This document shows, in pieces, positions 1 to 11,061 of a stretch of 57,120 nt of DNA. Each line of letters begins with the position of its first letter. Position 1 is the first letter of the stretch. Below the pieces are notes generated by a model, which saw only the letters and a program-made list of their open reading frames with translations, had not been told where the DNA came from and searched no databases. Source of the stretch: Octopus bimaculoides. Taxonomy: Eukaryota. The translations under genes were made by a program, and so were the position numbers. The DNA lies in assembly GCF_001194135.2 (NCBI RefSeq), contig NC_068981.1:19401568-19458687 (forward strand), read 5' to 3'.

Positions 1-39
<39 letters not shown>

Positions 40-42
<3 letters not shown>

Positions 43-735
43 TCTTAGCAGAAATTATGGAGCACGTATAAAAAAATAGAGAATATGATTGATTGAAACT
101 CATTTACTTAATAAGTGAAAGCTGTATAATTAACATTCTAGAATCTATCCCATCAATAATTAATATTTGATGTGTCCTCCTTTTGCTTTTATAACCGTTT
201 TTATGCGTTTTTTGCATACTTGCAGCTAAGTTGGCGCAAATGGCTGAGTCAATTTCCTGCCTCTCATTATGTGACACTAACGTTATTTCCAATTTTTTTC
301 AGTGAATAACTTATCAGTGATCAATATTTGTTGAAAATGTTGCCGAAGAAACAAATTCCTGAAGCTCAAAGGTTTCAAGTCATTGCATTATCTTAAGTTG
401 AAAGTGTAAGAAAGTTGAAATGTTCGAGAAAAGGTGTCCAATCAACCATCAAAAGGTATACAATGAGACGAATTCATTCAAAAACCATAAAGAACGAGAT
501 TGCGAAGTGTACAACCACGAAGGAAGACATAGCTGCTGAATTTCGGGTGGTAACAAATAAGGCAGTATCAACTCGCACAGTGAGAAGAAGATTATTAGAA
601 GCTGAGCTCAAAAGATGTAAGGCCAGAAAGAAGCCGTTGCTGTGTGAGGTAAACATGAAGAAGTGACTGTCTTCGGCAAAAGAGCATGGGCGGATGATGA
701 TTGGACTAAAGTTGTTTGGTCTGATGAAAGTGTGT
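40..735 (+). mobile_element. Tc1-family transposon 5' part (degenerate transposase from ~337)
   Basis: Begins TA|CAGTCTTAGCAG inside (AT)n. Translation gives MLPKKQIPEAQRFQVIAL..VSTRTVRRRLLEAELKRCKARKKPLL and, after a stop and frameshift, DDWTKVVWSDES (Tc1 first catalytic D motif). No right TIR seen. Confidence 0.85.
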
Positions 736-789
736 GGAGAGTGGTGCATGTGCGTTCTATTCCATAAATTGTTTCTGATTTGGCACAGG

Positions 790-975
790 GCCAGCAATTT
801 CGAGGACATGAGACAAATCGTTTACATCATCCCCAGTGCTTGGCCGGTATTTCATTTTATCCACCCCGGAGGGATGGAAGGCTAAGTAGCCCTCATCGGG
901 ATTTGAACTCGGAACGTAATGATCCGGAATGAATACGGCAAGGAATTTTCTCCGATGTCTTAATAATTCTGCTGT
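790..975 (-). mobile_element. SINE family A, diverged copy
   Basis: Reverse complement resembles the 2605-2810 copy (ttacgttc.gagttcaaatcc, ccttccatccctccggggtggataaaat..gcactgggg). Confidence 0.65.
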
Positions 976-1164
976 TATTTGTAGTGATATGTTTTGTGAA
1001 TATGTCGGTGGTGGTGGTCAAGTGTGTTAACAGGACTGTGGAAATATGAATATCTGTGTGTAGGGGGAGTGTGAATGTCTGTGCGCGCGCGCGTGTGTGT
1101 GAAGGACTCTTAATTCTAATGGTGGTCATACATTATCAAGCTATACATATATTTTATCGTTCAT

Positions 1165-1525
1165 CTTTTTCTTGTTACAGTCATTAGGCTGCGACCTTGT
1201 TAGGGCACCACCTTGAATTTTTATTCGAATGGACCATCCTCAGAACTTACTTTCAAAGCCTGTACTTATTCTATGGGTCTCTTATGCCAAAGAGCTAAGT
1301 TATAGGGATGCAAAAACACCAACACCGGTTGTCAAGCAATGGTGCCGGGACAAACATAGACATAAAGACACACACGCATAGATATGCATACGGGTTTCTT
1401 TCAGTTTCCGTCTACCAAATCCTCTCACAAGGCTTTGGTCAACCCAAGGCTATAATAGAAGACACTTGCCCAAGATGCCACGCAGTGAGACTGAACCTGT
1501 AGCCACACATCAACGCCTGCGCCTA
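1165..1525 (-). mobile_element. SINE family B (CORE-like, internal microsatellite)
   Basis: Reverse complement of the family B head (ttgggcaagtgtctt..ttggtagacggaaactgaaagaa) and 3' half. Confidence 0.85.
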
Positions 1526-2168
1526 TATTAATTAGAAACACAGCCTCTTGTTGGGACAATAATACTAATATACTATGTGTATATAGTGTATACTATAATT
1601 TTATAGCATATAAACATATTTAGACATACATCTCTATTTTTAAGAATCCAATTACTTTTGGGTTATTATATTTACTAATAAATAATATGAATTGAAAGAT
1701 TTTTTTATCATCATTTTTATTTTCAATTTATTTATTGTGGGGGTTCTTTGCTAAAAAATATATTGCCTGTAGAAATATTGTCCATTGTGTTTGAAAGATT
1801 TTCTTTCTAATAGTTTTATTATTATTCTTTTAATTTCCTTAAGTAAATTTAAATTCATTTTTATCGTTGACTTTTTTACGCGCTCCACCAACATATTTTA
1901 GTGGCGAATGTAGCTGTATAGAATTTTAGGTGTTTTGGATTTCTTTGCAAATATTCTTCAACGACGTTTACTTAAGAAATGTCTTTCATTTTTCTTTCGT
2001 CTTTTTAAGGTCTTTTTTTTTTTTTTTACATGTAGCTCTTTCGTTATTTCCCCTGACGATTTTCAGATATCAACTCGCCAAACCGCTAGCTAGAAACACG
2101 AAACCACTTACTGGAACAGTTCTTTTAATATACATATAAAAGCGCGCGCGCGTGTGTGTATGTGTGTG

Positions 2169-2357
2169 GGCGCAGGCGGGGCTGTGTGGTAAGAAGCTTG
2201 CTTCTCAACCACATGATTCCGGGTTCAGTCCCACTGCGTGGAACCTTGGGCAAGAGACTTCTATTATAGCCTCGGGCCGGCTAAAGCCTTGTGAGTGGAT
2301 TTGGTATTCGGAAACTGAAAAAAGCCCGTCGTATATTTATGTATATGTATATACTTA

Positions 2358-2399
<42 letters not shown>

Positions 2400-2603
2400 T
2401 TTATGACAGTGTTTGTTCCCTCACCATCACTTGACAACCGATGTTGGTGTGTTTACATCCCTGTAACTTAGTGCTTTGGCAACAAGACTGATAGAATAGT
2501 ATTAAGCTTATAAAGTATAAGTCCTGGGGTTGATTTCTTCGACTAAAACCCTTTAAGGCGGTACTCCAGCAAGGTCACAGTCAAATGACTGAAACAAGTA
2601 ATT
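2169..2603 (+). mobile_element. SINE family B, full length with internal (TA)n/(TG)n
   Basis: tRNA-like head ggctgtgtggtaag..ccgggttcagtccc, CORE-like ccttgggcaagagactt, internal microsatellite 2331-2399, tail aaatgactgaaacaagta. Confidence 0.9.
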
Positions 2604-2604
2604 A

Positions 2605-2810
2605 GGCGCCGAGCTGGCAGAAACGTTAGCGCGCCGGGCAAAATGCTTGGCGGTATTTCGTCTGCCGTTACGTTCTGAGTTCAAATTCCGCTGAGGTCGA
2701 CTTTGCCTTTCATCCTTTCGGGGTCGATAAATTAAGTACCAGTTACGCACTGGGGTCGGTATAATCGACTTGATCCCTTTGTCTGTCCTTGTTTGTCCCT
2801 TCTATGTAAA
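2605..2810 (+). mobile_element. SINE family A
   Basis: ggcgccgagctggcagaaacgttagc..gagttcaaattccgctgaggtcgactttgcc; closely matches copies at 20005, 36047 and 40685. Confidence 0.9.
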
Positions 2811-2959
2811 AAAAATAAAAGAATAGAAGTATACAAGTATGATGATGTAAACAGGAAGAATAATATGAATATATGTTTCTTTTTATTAATATTTAGCAGA
2901 AGCAAGAGAGTGACTCAAGGGCCGATAGTTTCGTACGTTGGCACTTATATAAGGAAGGA

Positions 2960-4200
2960 ACATGCCACTCAATACGGTAACACATATATACTCAATAGTT
3001 ACAGACACAAATATACGAGAGAAATGAGTAGTTGAGCTCTTTGTTAAAAACAGAAATACCAAACGAAAAAGAAAAACCTAATAAATCATGTTTTAACCAA
3101 AGCAAAAGAAATCTAAATCTCTGCTTTACAGGGAAACACTCATATCGGGGATAAAAACAAGCATTCAGATATAAATATTCCATTTGTAGTCACCTATAAT
3201 CCTAGGAATCACAACATCCTACATTCAGGCAAGCGATACCGCCCAGTTCAATACAAATCATCAAATCTTTGACAAATAATTAAAAATTCATAAATCATTA
3301 AAAGCCGAAGATAACCACCAAATCTCAAGAGATTCCTAACAAAAGCGAGATTCACATCAGAGAAAAAAAGCCATGCAGGTAACGATCTGTGGAGACCCGC
3401 GTTGTGGGACATGTGAAATAATGGAAGGAGGAACAACCAAACGATTCAGAAGTGGGAAGGAATCGAAAGTGAATGCAAACATGAGATAAAAATCTCATCT
3501 ACTGCTTCATAGACCCACTATACAACTAGAATTGCATTAGGGAAACAGGAACGAAACTAACCAGCCGTGTAAATGTGAATAAACAGCAAATTAAAGATTC
3601 ACTTATTAGAAATGAACCATGTTGTAAACATCTAGTCATTTGTACAAATGGAAAATTTAAAATATTCCCCTTTTACAAAATAAAAGATGAAAATGATCAA
3701 ATACGAAAGGCAAAAGAAGAATACTTTATAAAAATTCTAAATCCGAAACCAAGTCGGAAATAATCAACACCATTACTAAAAACAACTTCCTCTATACGCA
3801 TCAGCCCAGAACGTGTGTTTGAAAAGTTGAACAACGAAAGTACACACTATCGGCAAACGTTTTCACAAAGGCTGGTGACATTCTGTTAATTTATTTTAAG
3901 CTAATAGCTTCATCTCGAACTTAATGTGAAGGTTTTGTCTGAATAGATTGACATTCTATACATCGTTAACGGGAGTTTCGGCTGTTACGCCACTGCTGGA
4001 CATCTGCCTCTGAGGAACCCATAGCAGAGTGAAATCACGTGATCTGGCAGTTTTGGTAGCCGTAGCAAACGATTCTCGTCTGTCAACAATATAATTACGA
4101 GTGCTTTTATACACCAGAGTCCTTATGAGAGACCATCTCGAGGAAAATAATGTAGTATTCTGTGTTTTAACACAACCTCCACGTTAAGTTGGTGTTCAAA
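2960..4200 (+). mobile_element. Penelope-like retroelement 3' relic (RT C-terminus, GIY-YIG endonuclease, 3' region)
   Basis: Degenerate translation shows IYSIVTDTNIREK, IPFVVTYNPRNHNIL, PPNLKRFLTKAR, CGDPRCGTCE, NLIYC, ETGTKLTSRVNVNKQQI and PCCKHL..KEEYFIKILNP. Confidence 0.85.
4004..4050 (+). ncRNA. Type I hammerhead ribozyme motif (minimal, palindromic stem III)
   Basis: ctgcc-t CTGAGGA accc-atagca-gagt GAAA tcacgtga TC t-ggcag. Core nucleotides are intact, with a 5-bp stem I, one mismatch in stem II and a U.U next to the core. Confidence 0.75.
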
Positions 4201-4899
4201 GTTACCTTTTGATATTAATACTGCTTCTTTCGCTATTAGTTATATAAACAATTTAAAATGAAATACTGTTTTTAAAACAAAAAATGCAATTTTAATCGTG
4301 TTTTCAAAAGTAAATAAAATGGTTGCCTCACAAGTTTAGTTTTTCGGTAGGCAGAAATACGAAAGCGATCTGACTTGTTTTTAGTTTTGTTAAACTTATA
4401 TCCTGAAAGAATAACCATCTACAAAATAACCGAATCTCAGTTTGTATACCCTATAAGTAACTATAACTACTAATCTCTCCGTGGATACATGTCGGTAATT
4501 TTCTCTCTGATGAACATCTATTAAGAGAAGAAACTGGCTATTTTGACCCCATTTTTCTGTTCACAGACAAACCCTGTGTTATAACCGCTTTGTTAATTTT
4601 TCACAGTTAAAATAAAAGTTTTTTTCTTGGGTCGGTGGTGGGACTGTTCTTGAAAATAGCATATTTTATAATTCGAATTATAGGCAAACGCTGTAAGTGC
4701 TCTATGAATTAACTAAGATATACATTTTTAGAGAAAGGAACGTCTCCAAGTTGCAAGTGCCGTGATTGTAAGTGCCGTGATTGTACCGTTCAATGGAAAT
4801 ATCTTCTCGACTGATGATATTTGGCCAACCAGTCTTTATGTTATCTACTTGTCTTCAATTCTTACTGAAAGTTTTATAGCACTGCGTTAGAGCAACTCT

Positions 4900-5620
4900 T
4901 CGATTTTGCTATGGTTAAAAAAGTGTAGCAAAGTGTCAGCGGAAATATTTTGCATGTAGCTCGACAAATCTGTTGCGGAACCCCTCGAAATCTTTTGTCA
5001 TCTTTTGACGATACTTGGCGGACACAGATTGATTGTCGGTTCAAGATGATAAGCGTTTAAGGCGACCAACTGCTAACAAAACGCCTAACAACATGGAAAA
5101 ATAATCAGTGAACTCTGCTATGAAGGCCATAAGCAAACAATCCAACAAATCTCTCATGACTCGAATCAGCTATGGCGACTGTGAAGTGATTCTCCAGCTA
5201 TGCATAAATATGAATCTCATTTAGTTTCATAATTTTTTCGTAGTTAATTCATAAGGCAGTTATAGAAAAACTGTGGCTGCCGCTCTACACTCTCCATCTC
5301 TGTCTTGTAGTTTACCCCCTTGTGACAGCGCCGTATTTCTCAAAATGAAAATGAAGTTGAAGGGATGCCTCTCCGAGACAGTGGATTATATATAAATAGA
5401 AACGTTGGAGAGATATTACATAGCTTTCAGAAAGCGGATGATATCAATGATACTTTTTGAGGCGTGAATGAACAGCTTGGATTGCTGTGTATGTTCCCAA
5501 GAGGACGATACCCGAATGTTAATAATATATGAAATGCATAATTTACTAAAGTACTGGTATGGCTTTTATTTCTTTTTTAACGCCTGGTCCGACAACTTTG
5601 ACAACAATGTCGGACGTAAG
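4900..5620 (+). mobile_element. mariner transposase relic, internally deleted
   Basis: DDKRLRRPTANKTPNNME..ISYGDCEVIL, then PCDSAVFLKMKMKLKG..DCCVCSQED, homologous to the mariner C-terminus. Confidence 0.7.
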
Positions 5621-5896
5621 TGTTTGGGTGAAGAAGGGTTTTATATGTGTGTGATTATATGAATGCGTCACTTTTCTGTATTAGTGTCTCCTGGGAATAT
5701 TGGTATTCATAGACAGAGGTTTTCAGTGATATAGAAATATTTACAATGTCCGAAAGATATCTCATATGTGTGTGTATAATCAGTTGACACTGAATACTAT
5801 GAAACCGGGATGATGAAAGCGATAAAACATATCACATGAATATACATCTTGATATACAATGAAAGACACTGATATACATTTATTGGCCAATGTGAG

Positions 5897-5925
5897 TATA
5901 TGTTTGTATGTATGTATGTATGTAC

Positions 5926-5972
<47 letters not shown>

Positions 5973-5988
5973 CCCTATACATACTTTC

Positions 5989-6053
<65 letters not shown>

Positions 6054-6140
6054 CATATATGCTCGTGTGTGCGTGTGTGCAGTCATATATGTTTGTGTGT
6101 GTGTGTGCAATCATATATGTTTGTGTGTGTGTGTGTGTGT
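5897..6140. repeat. Compound microsatellite (TATG)n/(TAGA)n/(TG)n
   Basis: Directly visible. Confidence 0.95.
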
Positions 6141-6524
6141 TCAAAGTACCTTTATCTCAGACTTATTTTATTAAAAACGCGTCTCTCACTTAATGTATTT
6201 CATTTTTAATTTCCTATTTTCCTGATGACAATTTCAATAGTTATTAGTGTATCAGTGCGTATGTACAATACCGACATATACACATACACACACACGCACA
6301 TACACATATATACACACGCATGCACGTACAGGCATATGCACACGCGCACACACACATTAGTTGAAAGCTTATATCCTATGAGAGTAAAACTTGGGAGGTT
6401 ATCAAGTATTCTATGCCTGTAAGTGTCTATGTGTATGTATATGTGTATGTGAATTCACTTCTACGCATAAACATGTATACGTGTATATATANNNNNNNNN
6501 NCTTCTACGCATAAACATGTATAC

Positions 6525-6581
<57 letters not shown>

Positions 6582-6690
6582 TATGTGTGCATGTGCATCT
6601 GCATATATTATATATATGTGTGTGTGTGTGCATGTATATATTTATGCAGATGCACATGCACAGACACATACATGCATATATATATATAAG

Positions 6691-6758
<68 letters not shown>

Positions 6759-6941
6759 NNNNNNNNNNNNNNNNNNNNNNNNNNNNNNNNNNNNNNNNNN
6801 NNNNNNNNNNNNNNNNNNNNNNNNNNNNNNNNNNNNNNNNNNNNNNNNNNNNNNNNNNNNNNNNNNNNNNNNNNNNNNNNNNNNNNNNNNNNNNNNNNNN
6901 NNNNNNNNNNNNNNNNNNNNNNNNNNNNNNNNNNNNNNNNN

Positions 6942-6979
<38 letters not shown>

Positions 6980-7601
6980 CACATATGTATATACTTATAT
7001 GTATGCATTCTGGATGTGAAGACGTTTTGGCCAGAGGGGCGTGAATAATGTAACATCCGCACAATGGCCTTTTCAGCGGGTGATTAAATAACTACCTTAG
7101 AATTTGGAGTTGTTTAAATACCCTTGATTTTGTAAAACAAACAGCAGGCGAACTAAACTGATTCGAATTGTCGAAAAATTCAAGCAAAGCCGTTTAGGGA
7201 GAGACAACTCTATACAAAGGCAGCTCAAGTAATTCAGACGCCATCTTGAGTCACAATTATAAGCATTTTATATAAAACTTAAACTTATGTTCAATTTATG
7301 AATTTGTAATTAACAAACTTACATACATATGTACATACATACATGCACACACATGCACATGTGCGCACACTCACACGCACATGTACATATATATATACAT
7401 ATATATGTAATTATGTATACATATATGTGTGTATTTGCTGTATACGTGTATGTATAGATGTCGCCCTAGTCGTCGATATCCTCGGATTACCCGTTTATCA
7501 GAATATGGCCATGCCACTTAGAATGAAGAACTTAAAGTGAAAACCTGAATTATATAATATAAAACAACAAGGATTCAGGCAAACTCCATCTATAATAAAT
7601 A

Positions 7602-8421
7602 CAGGGTGTGAGAGGTATCTGAGTGCATGATTGTAATTTAATAAAATAACAATGAATTAACAAAAGTAAATGCATTTTAATAAAAAAAAATGGCGCTCAT
7701 GTTCTCGATAAGCTTTGGTAACTGCTTCAATGTGGGATCGGAATCATTGACATGGTTCTTATTCTTTTCAGTCATTACCTGAACATGAGTTAGCTTCAGT
7801 GAAGCTATGATTCTGCGAGGATATCGATTACTCTTCATTTCTACGATGTTTCAAACGTAGTGGTTCATGAGATTTAAATCTGGTGAGTTTGAAGGCCACA
7901 AATTTGGAATTACATAATCGTAAAGACTATTTGACATCAATCCTTGGGTTATGTGGGCATTGTAAAAAGGCGTTGAGACTTGCTGAAACATATATGGCCT
8001 TCCATTACGTTCTTCGTCCATATAAAGCTTAATTCATTCTCAACGTATCCAGCAACATTAATTCTAAGGTCCTGTGGTAAGATATGAGGTGGTATAGCAT
8101 GACCTTTGTTTCTCATCACTCCTAAAACCATCACAGTTGCTGGAGACTTAGCATGCATTATTCTTCTGGAGCCATCAGATGTATCTGTACATAACGATCT
8201 GTCATTTTTCCTGTTATATCTTGGTCGATGGTTTTCACATCAGAGAGGAACCAATGCATTTCAATGTCGTGAGATAATTTTAACCCTGCTAAGTAACCGA
8301 TTGACAAGGATCAAATGGTTTCATGAATCTCTGCAGGCATGAATTGACCTCTCCTTAGTATATACGACTTGTACCAAATGTTCTCCAGTACCAAATTTAT
8401 GATAGTCTATCCCGACACCTA
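7602..8421 (-). mobile_element. maT/DD37D-like Tc1-mariner relic
   Basis: TA|CAGGGTGTGAGAGG terminus. Minus strand encodes SPATVMVLGVMRNKGHAIPPHILPQDLRINVAGY and LWPSNSPDLNLMNHYV. The right TIR is degenerate. Confidence 0.8.
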
Positions 8422-8861
8422 TATATATATATATATATATATATGNNNNNNNNNNNNNNNNNNNNNNNNNNNNNNNNNNNNNNNNNNNNNNNNNNNNNNN
8501 NNNNNNNNNNNNNNNNNNNNNNNNNNNNNNNNNNNNNNNNNNNNNNNNNNNNNNNNNNNNNNNNNNNNNNNNNNNNNNNNNNNNNNNNNNNNNNNNNNNN
8601 NNNNNNNNNNNNNNNNNNNNNNNNNNNNNNNNNNNNNNNNNNNNNNNNNNNNNNNNNNNNNNNNNNNNNNNNNNNNNNNNNNNNNNNNNNNNNNNNNNNN
8701 NNNNNNNNNNNNNNNNNNNNNNNNNNNNNNNNNNNNNNNNNNNNNNNNNNNNNNNNNNNNNNNNNNNNNNNNNNNNNNNNNNNNNNNNNNNNNNNNNNNN
8801 NNNNNNNNNNNNNNNNNNNNNNNNNNNNNNNNNNNNNNNNNNNNNNNNNNNNNNNNNNNNN

Positions 8862-8980
8862 GTTTGTGTGCGCGTGTGTGTGTGTGCGTGTGTGTTTGTT
8901 CTTAGATACTGAGATAAGTTTCGGTCATCATTGACCCTGGCCATGACAAACTTCGTAGCATCATCAGGAAAAGACATTTA
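8862..8980 (-). repeat. Dispersed repeat A (GT-flanked, hammerhead-like remnant); second copy at 14810-14900
   Basis: gtttgttcttagatactga..agcatcatcaggaaaagacattta is near-identical in both copies. Minus strand has CTGATGA..GAAAC. Confidence 0.7.
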
Positions 8981-9029
8981 ATGGTCTGTCATATTATATT
9001 GGCACCATAGTCTATTCGAGTGAAGAGTT

Positions 9030-9505
9030 ATTGCTTGCAGAGATATGTCTTGTTGTGGGTGACTTATCAGAACTTTGCTGGAGATATTTGACTGGGACCC
9101 GTTTTTAATGTAACGAGATCTTTTTCTTTTTTTATGTGTCTTGGCATGATGCTAAAGAGATCAGGGACATTTGGGGTGAAATAGATCCATCTTAGTATTG
9201 TGATGTGACGCGAGCATAATTTTTGTAGATGACGGACGACCCGGGAACCAAGCCTTTGGTGAATTTTAAAGTCTATACTAACATCACTCGGCAATACCGT
9301 TGGAACACTTTCCACATCATACGAATGACATAGTGCATGTGGTAGCGTTGGAAGAAATAAAGCTTGAGGTTTACGAGACGATCCCAATGATCAAGACCTG
9401 CCATGCGGTCTATTTTCCTTGTGCTCGTTCTCTGCGTGCATTGCGCTGGAGTGCTTCAACAATGCTAAACGCAGAGAAATAGCAACTGTCATATTCTAAC
9501 AGTAT
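9030..9505 (-). mobile_element. CR1-group non-LTR retrotransposon ORF2 3' fragment
   Basis: VEALQR, MAGLDHWDRLVNLKLY, FKIHQRLG and PDLFSIMPRHIKKEKDLVTLK on the minus strand; same family as 23960-24300. Confidence 0.75.
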
Positions 9506-9559
9506 TTCCTGTAGCTGTCGTGTAGGATTCTCCTTAATCACTCAGCTTACTAAAAATAA

Positions 9560-9712
9560 CCACTAAATCTATCTCAGATTGTACCTTACAATAGCAGAGG
9601 ACATTCAATGGCGTATTGTTTGGTGTAATATGTTTGAAAAACAAGAAGGGTTTGTCTTTAAGGATAGGGTTTTTTTGTTGGACTGATACAGTGCTGGCCT
9701 TGAGTGAAACAA
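9560..9712 (+). mobile_element. Dispersed repeat family D (retroposon 3' end with AAC tail), diverged
   Basis: Reverse-complement similarity to 20675-20890 and 51113-51310. Confidence 0.5.
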
Positions 9713-10405
9713 TAGGGCAGGTTGATTTTCCACACTTTTGTAGTTAATGACTTTGGACTAACCGAGATAGTGAGGGGTTAATATGATAATAACTGACAAA
9801 AAATCCATCTCCCTAACTTTAACCGTTTTTTGAGGAAACTGTTTGAAAAATTTCAAAATACTGTAACCAAAAACATCGTATTTTCATCATTTTCAGTCGA
9901 AAAAAATACGTTATTTTCATTTGAAAAATCCACAAAAATGTTGCATCGTGATTGAAAACGAGTAAAAACATTACAAACTGTAGAGAGTCAAATAAGACAA
10001 ACTTAGATACCAAAATCATCATAATTTTCACTGTAAGAGCCCTTAAAAGTAAAGGAAGGCCTCATACGGGGTCTGGCCAGAATGTATTTGTTCCTTGATT
10101 CGAATCCATAAACAGTATGGGAAGCTCCAGATGTCAGCAACACTGCTCTTTCAAACCTCTGAGAATGTGAAGACAAATCAGACGGCTCTAGCTTGTTGCC
10201 ATTCAGTAATGCTTCTTGAAGTTCCTGATCAGAAAAGTCTTCTGTTAGAGCAGGTTTACAGATACCACTTTGAGAAAGGTTGACTAATGCTGACGAGTGT
10301 CTAGCGTCAATGTTGATATCTGTAATCCTCTTCAGCCTGTTCTTGGCTGGCTTCACTCTTCTGAAAGAAAAATAATAAATTTAGTTTTTATTTCACTATA
10401 AAATT

Positions 10406-10860
10406 GGAGCTCTTGTGGCAGAGCGGATAAGGTGCTGGATTTCTACACCTTAGTCTAAGGTTCAATCCCCAACGAATTGCGGACATAAAATTAAAATTTC
10501 GGTGCAGGTAGAGAGCACTCGTCCGACAGGTGAAGCACCGATATTTGCCCATGCGCAAGGTGCTCTGTACTCAACACACCGAACACAGCCACTTACAACA
10601 TTACTATCTTCCTTCTCTTGTCTGTCTTCACACTCACAACACATTAAGCTTTCCATCTCTCGGAGCCCGTCTAAGGGGTTTCGATTCACTACCTCCCCAA
10701 TGCAGACGGGTAGCTCTCGCTTGAGCTGCAGAAGGGCTCCCTTGGTTGGTGGCAAAAACATATTTATGCGATTTCTCCTGCCCTTTCCAACTAAGGTTAA
10801 GTAAAAGCCTGATGGACCCTTAAAGGTGAAAAGTGGCTCTAAATCCTTAACTTAACCTCA
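10406..10860 (+). mobile_element. tRNA-Arg(TCT)-like headed SINE inside transposase intron 2
   Basis: A box TGGCAGAGCGG (10416-10426), anticodon-loop-like TTTCTAC and B box GGTTCAATCCC (10459-10469), followed by a long non-tRNA body. Confidence 0.65.
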
Positions 10861-10934
10861 CTTTAAAATGTAATCCCAATGTGTGTCAAAATTTCTTATT
10901 TTACTTTAATTATACTTTAATTTTACTTTAACTA

Positions 10935-11061
10935 CAGGGTGTCCACAAGGTCTGGGTACATGGAGTAAATAAAATCATAACATAAACAATTAAATACAAG
11001 AAATAATAATTTCTTAAAATATGTGTTAATCCAAGTGTACCCAGACTTTGTGGACACCCTG
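10935..11061. mobile_element. Tc1/mariner-type MITE, 127 bp
   Basis: 26-bp TIRs cagggtgtccacaa(g/a)gtctgggtaca (25/26 match) with TA on both sides. Confidence 0.92.

Noticed and set aside
10406-10480. tRNA gene calls for this and other SINE heads
   Set aside because: A/B boxes are present but there is no complete cloverleaf, and they continue into repeat bodies.
10462-10804. Overlapping ~100-aa ORFs on both strands
   Set aside because: They fall within the GC-richer SINE body and show no recognisable homology.
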